Numbered from the whole stretch's first letter, positions 32,301 to 41,553 are shown. The stretch is DNA of 51,506 bases, filler included, from Stramenopiles sp. TOSAG23-6 (GCA_900128565.1; 2 parts of 2 records of this genome joined end to end with filler, not necessarily neighbours in it); one strand, 5' to 3'. A program made the numbers and translations. The notes: a model not told the origin generated them from the letters alone.

Positions 32301-35226
32301 TCAATTCTTCCAATTCATCATTAGAAAGTCTCAGTGCAAAAGAAATTTGCATATCCCGCAACGCCTCGCGAAATTCACCGGGCGATATGAAACCATTACT
32401 ATCAGTATCATACCCCCGAAAAAGTGAAGTCAAATGTTTCTGCATCACTTCAAAACTTTCCCTTTCTTCGATAGAAACAATAAGATGATCTTCTACACTA
32501 GGCTTTTCCCATACACACACTCCAGTTGCAATTTCCCAATAATAAGGATAACCATCCTCACTCATATGTTCTTCCCATGTGTGAGGAATACGAGCAAGCG
32601 CTGCGGCTTCTGGGTCAACATTTGTTCCAAGTTTTATATTTGTTATTATATCTATTTCTAGATTTGATTCTTTTTCAAATGATTGTATTGTTTCTTGGGT
32701 CACTTTATTGGATACTTCACTTGTTGATTTATCACTAATATTCAAACCACCTGCTAATTTCATTAACTTTAGTTTTTTCATTGCCGATTGCATCGCTTTT
32801 GGTGGTTCTCGCTTATTGCTTGCAAGCCAATGTTCTACTTTTGTCTTTGTTAAAAGTGTAGCTTCATCTATACTAACCTTTCCATCACCATTACCCATTT
32901 TATCTGCCATTAACAATAACTGTTCTAGCTCATTGTCAGGTATTGAAAGAGCAAATGCAATTTGCATATCTTGTAGTGCAGCGCGAAACTCTCCAGGGGA
33001 TATAAAGGAACTATTATCTTTATCATACTTTTGAAATAATGTTTTGAGTAGAATTTGTCTTTCTTCCTCAGTTTCTTCATGTTTTCGAAGCATCAAATGT
33101 TTTGGTATCCCAGCAGGATACTCCCATTGACTTGTATTTGTGTCTGTATTGAAGAAGAAAAGTGTTCCATCTTCAGCTTTATGCTCTTCCCATTCCCCGA
33201 GTTTTGTTGTGTCTCCAACACTGACAACACGAATTCTATTCATTATTTTTCGTATCTTTGAAACTCTTTGCGATTTCACTTTTATTTTTTCCTGTGCATC
33301 ATGCGCTATAAGCCACTCTTCAATAGTTTTAAGCGACAGATTGAGAATCTCTGAGATACTCACTTTACCATCACCATTTTTATCAGCAGTACTAAGAAGA
33401 GATTGTATTTGTTCATCAGATAATGACACAGAAAGTTTTGCTATATCTATTTTGTGTAAGTCTTTCAAACAATTCTTAAACTCTTGAATTGATATTTCTC
33501 CACTATGATCTTCATCGTAAACACGAAATAAACCTTCTAAACGATGTTGTCGTTGTAAAATCCCGGCATTTCCTTCCTTTGCAATTTTTTCTGGTAACAC
33601 ATCCGCTGGAGGGTGCCAAAGAGAGTTTTCTGTCAAAATATTATAGTAGAATACACCGCCTTTGCCATCTTCACATGTATTATGAAAACAAAATTTAAAA
33701 ATTCGAAATTCGTTAGGTATAGAATCTTTGGATTTGGTATGAAAAAAAATAAATTTGAAATTATAAATTAGGGTTTTAAATGAAAACGTACATTCTTCCC
33801 AAGAAACAGGAATTTGTGCAAATATATTTGGGGCAGATTTTGAACTATTAAAAGCTGATTTATGTGCGCGTATAGCAACAACAGATGCATCATATGCAAA
33901 GTATGCAGCATCTGAAGCAGATTTCGCTGCTTTTACTTTTTCCCTATCAAAAGCCCCTAGTTGATGAAGTTCTGCCTCTGCACGGCCTACACTTAATTTA
34001 GCATTTTCACATTCTTCCTGTAAAGCATTCAATTTTATTTTTTGTGAATTCAGTTTTAATTTTATTCTATTCAATTTCAATAATTGTTTTTGAACATTTT
34101 CCTCCGCTTTTACAATATTTGTTTCGAGTATTTTAATATTTTTCCTTGCACTGGTAATGGCAACTTTATTAGATTTAAAAGTTTGACCCCGACTGATAAG
34201 AGTCTGGAGGCGCTCAATTTCAGCATTATTTGCATCAAAATCGTCCTTTGCGTTTCGTTTTATATTTTCAGCATTTTCATATTTTATAGTTTCTGTTGTG
34301 ACCTCATTTTTGATGTTATCGAATATTTTTTGTGCTTTTAAAACGCGTTTTTGTAATTGCTCATATTTAGATTTATTCTGTGATATTGTTTTCATTGCAA
34401 CTTTTTCGGACTCTCCACACAATTCAAGATAGGCTTGTAATTCTCCAGCTGCATGAATTATGAAAAAATATTTCAAAAAAAATATTTTTTCGTTAGGTAC
34501 AAAATTTCGTACGTAAAAAAAAGATAAAAAATTGAAATGAAAACGTACATCTATTGATTCAAAGAGAACTCTGTCGTGTTCGACTTTGAGTTCATTGTAC
34601 AGTTTTGTCATTCCTTCCAGTTTTTGTTTAGATTTTGATAACTTTGCTTCTCTTTTTGATATTTGGTTTTGAACTATTTCTATTTTTTTATCACATTTTT
34701 TGAGCTTCTTTTTCTTTGCGTTTTCAGTCTTCAATTCCGTTTTTTCTGTGTTGAGTTGTTCCAGAGCAGCGATTGATTCATTGTACACACCAAGGATAAG
34801 AGAATGTTCTTGTTGACTTTCTTCCATATTTTGCTTTGCTGTCAATAACTTTTGAGCTGCCTTGGCATGAAGCGAGGCTATTTTTTTATGAGCTTTCGCG
34901 GCAATTCGACTAGCTTTAGCAGCTGCTTTCTGGTCAACCTTTTCGTCTCTTAAATACTGAAGAAAATCGCTCTTTCGCCTGTTAAATCTTTTCATCTGTA
35001 TTTCTTCTGGCGACAATCTACTATTTTCTGAGAGTTTCACTTGTACTTTCATTTTCCTGAATAATTTACCGAGGCGCTTGGCAGGTGCCTCGACTATACT
35101 TGAACCATCTGCTTTTAAAATAAGCCACGGTTTAACGCCTTGAGGCGCTTCCCACTGAGAAGAATTTGTTTCCGAGTCAAAATAAAATACACCTCCTTCG
35201 CCATCATCATGAATTTCCCACACCAT
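26356..35226 (-). CDS. Giant multi-WW / EF-hand / coiled-coil / IQ protein, spliced
   Basis: Repeated WEEH...YY.N..T..SQWE.P and YDxDxSGxIS...D.NGDGKVS modules; IQ motif CIQSLARGMLTR; introns 33675-33791 and 34453-34548. Confidence 0.85.
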   Translation of the reverse strand: MVWEIHDDGEGGVFYFDSETNSSQWEAPQGVKPWLILKADGSSIVEAPAKRLGKLFRKMKVQVKLSENSRLSPEEIQMKRFNRRKSDFLQYLRDEKVDQKAAAKASRIAAKAHKKIASLHAKAAQKLLTAKQNMEESQQEHSLILGVYNESIAALEQLNTEKTELKTENAKKKKLKKCDKKIEIVQNQISKREAKLSKSKQKLEGMTKLYNELKVEHDRVLFESIDVRFHFNFLSFFYVRNFVPNEKIFFLKYFFIIHAAGELQAYLELCGESEKVAMKTISQNKSKYEQLQKRVLKAQKIFDNIKNEVTTETIKYENAENIKRNAKDDFDANNAEIERLQTLISRGQTFKSNKVAITSARKNIKILETNIVKAEENVQKQLLKLNRIKLKLNSQKIKLNALQEECENAKLSVGRAEAELHQLGAFDREKVKAAKSASDAAYFAYDASVVAIRAHKSAFNSSKSAPNIFAQIPVSWEECTFSFKTLIYNFKFIFFHTKSKDSIPNEFRIFKFCFHNTCEDGKGGVFYYNILTENSLWHPPADVLPEKIAKEGNAGILQRQHRLEGLFRVYDEDHSGEISIQEFKNCLKDLHKIDIAKLSVSLSDEQIQSLLSTADKNGDGKVSISEILNLSLKTIEEWLIAHDAQEKIKVKSQRVSKIRKIMNRIRVVSVGDTTKLGEWEEHKAEDGTLFFFNTDTNTSQWEYPAGIPKHLMLRKHEETEEERQILLKTLFQKYDKDNSSFISPGEFRAALQDMQIAFALSIPDNELEQLLLMADKMGNGDGKVSIDEATLLTKTKVEHWLASNKREPPKAMQSAMKKLKLMKLAGGLNISDKSTSEVSNKVTQETIQSFEKESNLEIDIITNIKLGTNVDPEAAALARIPHTWEEHMSEDGYPYYWEIATGVCVWEKPSVEDHLIVSIEERESFEVMQKHLTSLFRGYDTDSNGFISPGEFREALRDMQISFALRLSNDELEELMSFSDTNNDGKVDLVEATQLTHNVIKVWLKSRQYSVKDVIKSSISKMNVWGLSEFDFAKAGGSLLGKWEEHKAEDGTLFFFNTDTNTSQWEYPAGIPKHLMLRKHEETEEERQILLKTLFQKYDKDNSSFISPGEFRAALQDMQIAFALSIPDNELEQLLLMADKMGNGDGKVSIDEATLLTKTKVEHWLASNNREPPKAMQSAMKKLKIMGFTKPSGTSAPLIKQPQKHEWEEHIDADGHTYYWCIVTGQCQWNKPDVPVELLKKIDGKLNSIERQKHIQSLFTSYDADNNGFISSSEFQQVIFDMQVKDAFKIDGKIIPMNDEQLDALLSSADSNADGKVSIVEAAKITYKYVEEWFQKQRNPPTAIKSALNKMKLVGLHGNILKNVVPKVENVKNDTDTETINETELDFVDSIKTKISDVDNSVVDSIETKISDVDNSIVDSIETKISDVDNSKIDATESIGEENVVAKIISIDEINSSRAIGESSEINGIDEHEHVLSLLKNLGSRVDLIKIDENYFILQMFRKLLGHRCKLKTRTYKSGNVTPKDETEDKLVMKNAIIIAKSIANCVTEFASTLERDIVEIENFIEIEKKKICLAQYIQESANVAITASIAIKLVLDETETSINHAIMKAQAYTVESERPVKKNGALKILLKNAMKAKSVSSAWISRVKEDCELAAQKEESLRHEVESLQSELSICENNVCDAQNILSNAIVKVEEKVRLTTIKLSKREANVETLKIESFHVVGARETEKLQSRIEEELIAIETERQRIKSMCTSNSADVLSAKKDLQQTENESKKVALKCTKVQKDWEAAQNDANQKLTNVTNAKQQAFKEEEAIQSSRNTIMQQVELENERDHLAFTAFSLNKTCNIAAEKLKRLRKQSQILDHTEGRTIGEDRQNKTDIGTMRLHDEHIDDVNEMKKKTTEIDNVENEATEKEIIEIEAAEEELRKAKEEAKHAKAAWEAKRIACKKAEEAAAAKRVAEEEAAALKKRIETAKLERTNAKANVENAAKIRESLSATLQRIKEEEASAVAFEIQTECSRDEILAMKRQRRLEVEAEATAAHGYLQSTLDSNKPEAAAVFDKISENLKKLTALEFETTQNLNEEVNFAKQKTTLKEEELRNAKEALAISSLDYDAANAMYNVKKLEEEEIHSYLQVCAQKKALEASARKAKLRASIQKSKLSHLRQQLEWQCNIKNAAKVAAIKTLENVETNSRLKHEMYQNAKDDYNKVVKASQLAVENTIGDKTSSIAWYIAATASEAALQCYIKAEIMLAMTLIETAAHEEIQAISAAKQAEEEFRKINVKWANEFSSAAIVRHDSEETQTALLENAVKEHEKVKEQLKNSVLHHSEALAARVAWDSSSNDRCKTSRSISEKRRIDRHKRKAEYDNAIDARNAKAQQAEKDAREKAKEASRIKRVKQQQEWREKAMAKARAKVAATVASSATVEAMFMFNLCKSSVILARKRKIQIECSKEVAIAAYVAAGAAVYSFKLSKNAIQSIVSAKHRLRPILAKAAYVSASALLIARRERHRADHFVLDCIKSNQDAYRRHVVALKIEERQCGKSMADAATVCYQSALSSALSSAVAMAYVGSTIARHFSNIAANANDKVQEELRIRQEAITVAIQRAVIISCDAASFASTKSSLAISEAIRVKKVRRQELQNAARAARIAARAARRAFKYAEQVLVYIKAEISSFQNTSKWREIYNHKKMRYYYINKTTNEKTYMKPGPLLLKDEARMKLLKFGAEKAREMMLLQKSRQKLQQNDQCIDNLNTDKAFNIKDVDNASFFRRNHQSKAHPSFILKEKLKPISFSTINTILSMEFGLDWAELSPIGQLRCMRMSREKTALHNKVASCIQSLARGMLTRLRLKKLKSDADPKDNTFIHTKSRRRQSRKPKYTGKILNIQQPDKYYLPAIRPVIHDTCKKPFPKQVKINQRKKNRRFGARNRPTFGSDEGRKLASKMGLSSFGNPSFTLS
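30930..31068. repeat. 42-bp tandem repeat, about 3 copies (DSIETKISDVDNSI)
   Basis: TACTATTGTCTACATCACTGATCTTTGTCTCTATTGAATCAACGA repeated. Confidence 0.9.
31679..33192. repeat. Near-identical ~420-bp internal direct repeat (31679-32100 and 32771-33192) encoding a WW + EF-hand-pair module
   Basis: Offset 1092 bp, very few mismatches; KWEEHKAEDG...MKKLK repeated in the protein. Confidence 0.9.
33675..33791 (-). mobile_element. Introner-like intron, GT...AT, 117 nt, in frame
   Basis: Removal gives WEECEDGKGGVFYY, colinear with the N-terminal WW (WEIHDDGEGGVFYF). Confidence 0.9.
34453..34548 (-). mobile_element. Introner-like intron, GT...AT, 96 nt, in frame
   Basis: AT|GTACGTTTTC...CGTACGAAATTTTGTACCTAAC...CATAATTC-AT|. 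Confidence 0.85.
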
Positions 35227-35539
35227 GGTCAGCTATTTTGATCCAGCTGTAGTGTTTTCATAATATTCTAAAACTTTAAATTGCTTGTTTGGAGAGTACT
35301 AAAAAAATAAGATGGTGAACTGACCAGTGTGACATTTTTGTAACTGTGGAGAATATTGCGAATGGAACAAACCTGAAACCTGAAATATATTTTTTCGATT
35401 ATATGCGCGCGAGCTCAGTCGAGCTCTTCTTCTTCTTTTTGTCACACACACAGCAGAGAAGAAGTGTTTTTCATTTTTATAGAGTACGACCAACCGTAAT
35501 TGTTAGACTTCAGCGTTTTATTTCGCAAATTAATAGCAC

Positions 35540-35866
35540 ATGGCAGGGGCTGGTGCGCGTACACATAAGCTATTGGGTCCAGAGGTTAATCGATGCTTGT
35601 ATGTTCGTAATTTGCCTTTCAAAATCACAGCAGAGGAAATGTATGACATTTTCGGTAAATATGGAGCTTTGCGACAAGTACGTATAGGTAATGCGAACAA
35701 TACTCGTGGTACGGCGTATGTAGTATATGAAGATATCTATGATGCAAAAAACGCAGTAGATCATTTATCAGGATTTAATGTCTGCGGGCGATATCTAATA
35801 GTTTTGTACTTTCAACAGACTAAAGGTAAAAGGCAGACTGTCCGGTCAAGGAAACCTAAAACATGA
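35540..35866 (+). CDS. SF3B6: Splicing factor 3B subunit 6 (p14, branch-site-associated RRM protein)
   Basis: [32 protein letters not shown]....[29 protein letters not shown]. Confidence 0.95.
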   Translation: MAGAGARTHKLLGPEVNRCLYVRNLPFKITAEEMYDIFGKYGALRQVRIGNANNTRGTAYVVYEDIYDAKNAVDHLSGFNVCGRYLIVLYFQQTKGKRQTVRSRKPKT

Positions 35867-36444
35867 TAATGTTTCTATATGGCGACGACACAGTATAATA
35901 AAAAGAATAATATAAGCGTTTTTATTGCATTAATATTTCCAGTTTTGGTTCCTTTTTCTCATGTGAGAAAATTTCAGTGAACTAATTTCTTTTCATTTTC
36001 GACAATGTATTGGCACGGAATCCAATACTATTTTTTCAACAAAGTATTGATACGGAATCCAATATTATTTTAACGCTTTAAGCACATTATTTTTCAAAAA
36101 ATCTTTAAAAAGTCGTTCACAACAGTATCAGTATATCCAGGGACATAGTAAAGTGTAATTCAGCATCATCAACACAAAAGAAATACTACATCTTCGAAAA
36201 AGACACTACATCTTTGGATACTAAAAAAATCGCATATTTCGTGTTTTTTCTGCATATTTTGTAATTTTTGAAAACAAAACAAGTAATTCATTTGAAAAGG
36301 GAAGGAAAAACAACAAGAAAAAAGTGATGTGGGACATATTGCTTTTGACTTATCTCATATTTTTAAAAAGATGAAATGAAATTTAATGGTATTGAAATGA
36401 AACATTATCTTGTTGAAGGGCATAATATCCATGATTTAGATAAT

Positions 36445-36515
36445 GGAGTTTTCAAAACATTGAAATTTGTTAGGTACGAAATTTTCATACAAAAATAAAA
36501 AAAAATCGGAGATTT
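36445..36515 (-). mobile_element. Intergenic relic of the introner core
   Basis: TTTTGTATGAAAATTTCGTACCTAACAAATTT on the minus strand, without recognisable ends. Confidence 0.55.
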
Positions 36516-36678
36516 TCGATCTTTGAAGAAGGTTTTTGAATTTTATCGATCCGACGATATAATAAATTTATCGATCCTCGCGTACTACACTGATCAATAT
36601 TCAAATTGTATATATTTTACGATACTTCTTTTGAGTTATTCAGGAATAATCTACTTAAATCTTTCACTCAAACAGACA

Positions 36679-38569
36679 ATGAATCGTCTTTCTTGCTTTT
36701 CTGTAAGTATGTCAAAGCACCTAATTGGAATTTTGGTCTCATTATTTCTCCCCATAATTGTTCTCGGCACACATAGTGATGGACCAAGTGGAGGACGGAG
36801 TAAGGAAGTTTTGAACATGATGAGCGACTTCTCTTCAAAGTTGGCAAATATTGATGAAAGTATGCCAATCGGGTTAGATGATTTCTCGAATAGATTTAGA
36901 GGCTCTAGTGAGAGAGATTCCGGGATACAAATAACGATAAAGGAAAAAGAACTTCCTCAAAAAAATTTCCCCTTTTTATCATTTGATCCGCTTACATTAC
37001 TCGAAGACCAAAGCACTAACAAAACTCATCCTCAAACCAACAATACTCAACCTCAAGCCAGTAGCATAACTCAACCTCAAGCCAGCAACACAACTGATGT
37101 GCGTTTTCAAAATCAATTTCGATTTTTATTTATACCAAATTTTGTGCCTAACGATTTTTTTACTGATTTTTTTTTCACAATACATCAAGCACAGGGATTA
37201 AATTCAACCCAAATCCAAGGATTGCATGGGAATTCTACTATAACAGAGCCTTTTGTATTGGACTCTCATCGAGCACCAGGAGTTCCATATTATCATGCAA
37301 CTAAGTCAACAGATCTTTCTTCTTCTTCTTCTTCGGAAGATAACTGTTGCTCAGATAGCTTGGCACCAGGAATCCCAGGTTGGACTTCGGATTTAGATAT
37401 AATTGATGAGAATGCCATTCGAGCAATGGAAGGTGCCATGTACGTTTTCAAAATTTATTATTCTTATCTATTTTTGTTGTTGCAAAAATTGAACTCAACT
37501 TTCATACAAAAAAGAAATATTTCTTCACAATATAGTAAGCCTGTGATGAGACGAGCTGAACAAGATAAGCAAGTTGCAGATTTGATGACGGAACAAGCCA
37601 AGCTCTTTCAAGAGAAGGCTTTGGGTAGTCAGAAAGTGGCTCAAGAGACAAAAGAAAAGGTTGATAAATTGACATCTGCTGTACGAGCTAAACAAGATAT
37701 ATTTATTGCAACGGGACTCCATCAAGATGTACGTCTTCCATCATTTTAAATTTTAAATTTATTTTTTTGAAAAACATCTGTACCCTATGTTAACAAAAAA
37801 ATCAAATTTGAAATATTTTTTCACAATACATGCAGTGAGAGCACAATATATCACAAAAGCCCAATTGAAAGCTCAGGAAGCAACAGTAAAGCACCTACGG
37901 AAAAAATCAGAAGAAGCCGATGAAGCTCAAAAAAAATCATCGGAACGACTAGACAAAGTAGTACAGCAGTTTAAAAGTATTTCGAACCAACTACCTAGTG
38001 TCTTCATGGCACAAAAACTAGCTCAGAGGGCAGAAGATGCAGTTGGTAAACCTGAAATGAATGGTTTAATCGAAACATGGAATTTGCAGGGCATGGATCC
38101 GGACTCTCATGAAAATACAAGAGATACAAAGAATTCAGTGACAGTCGAAATTTCACCAACTCCATGCAAAGCTTCAAGTGAACCTTGCGGTGAATCGAGA
38201 CCAGCGGACGCAGCAGAAGCAGACACAGCAGACCCATCAGCACCAGCACCAACACCGCCAAATCCACCAACAACACAAGCAAACGCAGAAGCAGTACCGG
38301 CAGCAATAACAGAAGATTTAGCAGAAGCAAAAGCAAACGCAGCAACAGCTGGCACATTGGTGGAGTCAAACGCACATTCCGCGGAAAGCAGAGGAGACTT
38401 CGAGCGTTTGAAGGAAAGCCTCGAGAATAGTATTCAACGGGAGGCAGAGCGTGTGAAAAAACGCCTCGAGAATATCGAGAAAATACAAAATTCAATTACA
38501 AAGGAAATTTCTTCACCAGTGAAAGGTGAAAAAGAGGGAATGACTCAAAAAAGTGAGCCTATAGTATAA
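36679..38569 (+). CDS. Secreted coiled-coil protein A of unknown function, 3 introns
   Basis: Signal peptide; exons 36679-37098, 37186-37439, 37536-37728, 37832-38569; paralogous to 40096-41520. Confidence 0.7.
37099..37185 (+). mobile_element. Introner-like intron, GT...AT, 87 nt, in frame
   Basis: AT|GTGCGTTTTC...TTTTGTGCCTAAC...CACAATAC-AT|. Confidence 0.8.
37440..37535 (+). mobile_element. Introner-family intron with canonical GT...AG ends and eroded core, 96 nt
   Basis: AT|GTACGTTTTC...CACAATAT-AG|; AG lies exactly at the family's terminal NN position. Confidence 0.8.
37729..37831 (+). mobile_element. Introner-like intron, GT...AT, 103 nt
   Basis: Joins ORFs 36523 and 37787; spliced product is colinear with the intronless paralog. 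Confidence 0.88.
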
Positions 38570-39215
38570 CAAAATTTAATAGTAAAATAAATTACAACGA
38601 CAAAAACATTAGTAGCTTGAGTACTCTATTAAAAGAATAACCCCCACACTTTGAATTCTGTTTCATCCCCAGTTGCATTTTTATCAGTGTGTACCGCAAA
38701 GAGTTTTGCGCAGCATGCAGACTTCACATCTTTGACTATAGGATTTGGCTCTGTTGTGGGGTTTACTCGAAGAGCTTTGAGGTTCCTGAGCGTTGCGTTT
38801 GCTCCAATATTTCTAAGGTTTCTGAAAAATACTGTTCCATAATAGCATGGTTGTCATTGAACAAATAAAATTCCTATTGATAAATTGCTGACAGCTGCAA
38901 CTTTAGGGTACGGGCATAGGGTATAGGGTCATGAATTAGCTACCGAAATTACCGGATAATCATCATCCGTACGTTACTTTTTTTCGAAAGCAAAGCAAAG
39001 AAAATCTTCTTCGCTCGATCTAGATCGCGAAGTCACCGTTGATGATACTGTTAAGACAATATCGTGTAACATTTTTGATCGAACTATTACTTAAAACTTT
39101 CTAACGTGAAGACTCGATTCACTATCTTAATTCAGATTGTTTAAAATTATATTGGAAATTATACTAGTTTAATTTTCAGTGTTCAACCCAAAGCATCCTT
39201 TACCCAATCAAACCT

Positions 39216-39758
39216 ATGATGATGCCATCTTTAAATATGTCAAAGCACGTTACTCTTCTGGGGGTTATATTGATACTATTCCAATCCAAAAATTTCAATT
39301 GCTATGCTACGCTGATTTCCGTCAAGAGTGTTCAAGCTTTGACAGACAGTCCCGAGGACCGTATAAATGAAGCTGTTCAAGGTATGTCAGACAGTGCTGT
39401 GAATGCTCGGAAATTTCTTCAGAAATATCCTTCCAATTACAGTTCTGCTAACCCCATTGTGGCTGAATCTTTGAAACAATTACAAAGTGATGTATCAAGG
39501 ATTGTAGCTTTGCATGAAGCACATGATCATAATGGTTATAATCATTATAATGTTGATTCGGATTATCAACATATGATACAAGATGCACAGGGGGAGATTT
39601 TCAATAGAGTTACGATGAAAGCTTTGGAAAATGGAACAAATGCAAGTTTAAATGGATTCAATCAAGAAGAAAAAATTCACGAAAAGGTTGCTCATGTGGC
39701 GGACAATGCACGCGAAAAAGTGACTGGGTTACAACAGAACCTTCGAAGTAACATTTAG
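39216..39758 (+). CDS. Secreted protein B of unknown function
   Basis: 180-aa ORF with signal peptide MMMPSLNMSKHVTLLGVILILF. Confidence 0.65.
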   Translation: MMMPSLNMSKHVTLLGVILILFQSKNFNCYATLISVKSVQALTDSPEDRINEAVQGMSDSAVNARKFLQKYPSNYSSANPIVAESLKQLQSDVSRIVALHEAHDHNGYNHYNVDSDYQHMIQDAQGEIFNRVTMKALENGTNASLNGFNQEEKIHEKVAHVADNAREKVTGLQQNLRSNI

Positions 39759-40095
39759 AATATACTGTAGGGTATCATCATTCCTGTTTTTAAAAATAAA
39801 ATTTAAATTGCAAATTCATTTCGATTTTTTTCTTTTTCAAATTTAAAAATTTTTCAAAACTTGCTGCGATCTAGATCTCGATCCTGAGATAGCTAGAGAT
39901 CGATCGACCGTATCTTAGTACAACAATTAATTGGATTGGATCTTCTACCATACCTTCCAATTTTTTAATTAAAACAGACTAAACACCACTATCCAAATTT
40001 GCGTAATTTAAGCATAACTGTTGAGTAGAGGTAGATTAGTCTAATTTTTAGTGTTGAACTCACCGTATTCTTTCTTTAACACTGTCAGGTCTACG

Positions 40096-41520
40096 ATGAG
40101 TCCTCCATCTTTGAATATTTCAAAGTACCTACTAGTTGTTATGATATTTACGTTAATTTCCCCTAAAACGGTTTTCTGCGCAAAACAGCATAAGGTAAAA
40201 CTGAGGAATGTGTTAGAAATGCCTAGTGACTCAAAAAATAATCAAAGGGTGTCCATACACGGAGGACTGCAATCTAATAGATTTACAGATATCGAAACAA
40301 TGAACACCGCTTCTGGAAAACAACAAGTTATGTCTCTAAATAGATTCAGAGGTACCCACGAGAACACTACGATTGCTTGTGGCAAAGAAAACAGTGTTAC
40401 TCCTTGTGGTGAGGTACCCCAGGAAAATCCGGTTGAGTATTATACAGTAAGCAAGGGCTCAGGATCTGCTGAAGGGTGTTGTTCGACGGCGGCTGATGAC
40501 GCTATTATAGAACAAGCAGAAAGGGATAAACTTGCAGCTGATTTAGCCTTGAAAAATGCAAAAATACTTGAAGAAAATGCAAAAAAGAGTGCAGATGCTG
40601 CAAAGAGTGCAATATCTAAAAGAGATGATTTAAACAGTAGAATTAGAGTGAAGACAATCTTAGATGAAGCAAAAAAGAAACATCTTAGAGCAACTGAAAG
40701 ATACGGAATCACGAAGGCACAACTTCGAGCTCAGGAAGCAGCAGTAAAACACTTAAGTATAGATGCGAAAAATGCAAAGCAGTCATTAGAAGAATCAACT
40801 GAAGAATTGGATAAAGCATTCGCGGCCTTTAGAAGTCTCGCGACTAAATTGCCTAGTGTTACATTGGCAGAGAACTTAGCAGAAGAGGCTGAGAATGCAA
40901 TTGGTAAACCAGAGATGAATGATTTAATTCAGACGTGGAATTCGGCCAAATCAAATTTGGACAAAAATTCAACACCATGTAACTCTTCGGGAAATCCTTG
41001 TGAAAATCATAACAACGAGGTAAAGCCGTGTAACTCAACAGATAAAGGATGTGGTGTCCCAAAGGAAAGTGGAGATGATACCCTGCACGAATTTGCTACA
41101 GACAACGATGTAGAAATCGATATATCTACAGAAAAAATTGGTTCAAATATGAAAAACTTAAAAATTCCTGCTCCAGAGAAGGCATCTTTACAAGGCAATT
41201 CAAGTGATGATACCCAGCANGANTTTGCTACAGGCAACGATGTAGAAATCGAGATATCTACAGAAGACATTGGTTCAAATATGAAAACCTTGAAAATGCC
41301 AACTCCAGAGAAGACATTGGTAGCTCCATGTGATTCTTCTGTCAAACCTTGTACGAAGAATATTACAGATACATTAACTCTGGTTGATCCATGCAACTTT
41401 TCGGAAGCTGGTTGTGTCTCCGGAGAACATCAAGATCATAAAAGTGACACTGCTGTTTTAAGTACTAGTTCTAAAGATTTAATAGCTGATTTTGTAAACG
41501 ACACAAAGGAAAATTCATAA
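40096..41520 (+). CDS. Secreted coiled-coil protein C, intronless paralog of A, with internal ~130-bp duplication
   Basis: Shares ITKAQL.AQEA.VKHL...LPSV..A..LA..AE.A.GKPEMN.LI.TWN with A; FAT.NDVEI.ISTE.IGSNMK.LK occurs twice. Confidence 0.7.
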   Translation: MSPPSLNISKYLLVVMIFTLISPKTVFCAKQHKVKLRNVLEMPSDSKNNQRVSIHGGLQSNRFTDIETMNTASGKQQVMSLNRFRGTHENTTIACGKENSVTPCGEVPQENPVEYYTVSKGSGSAEGCCSTAADDAIIEQAERDKLAADLALKNAKILEENAKKSADAAKSAISKRDDLNSRIRVKTILDEAKKKHLRATERYGITKAQLRAQEAAVKHLSIDAKNAKQSLEESTEELDKAFAAFRSLATKLPSVTLAENLAEEAENAIGKPEMNDLIQTWNSAKSNLDKNSTPCNSSGNPCENHNNEVKPCNSTDKGCGVPKESGDDTLHEFATDNDVEIDISTEKIGSNMKNLKIPAPEKASLQGNSSDDTQXXFATGNDVEIEISTEDIGSNMKTLKMPTPEKTLVAPCDSSVKPCTKNITDTLTLVDPCNFSEAGCVSGEHQDHKSDTAVLSTSSKDLIADFVNDTKENS

Positions 41521-41553
41521 TAAAAAGCATTTCATTCTAATGTTTATAGTTTA

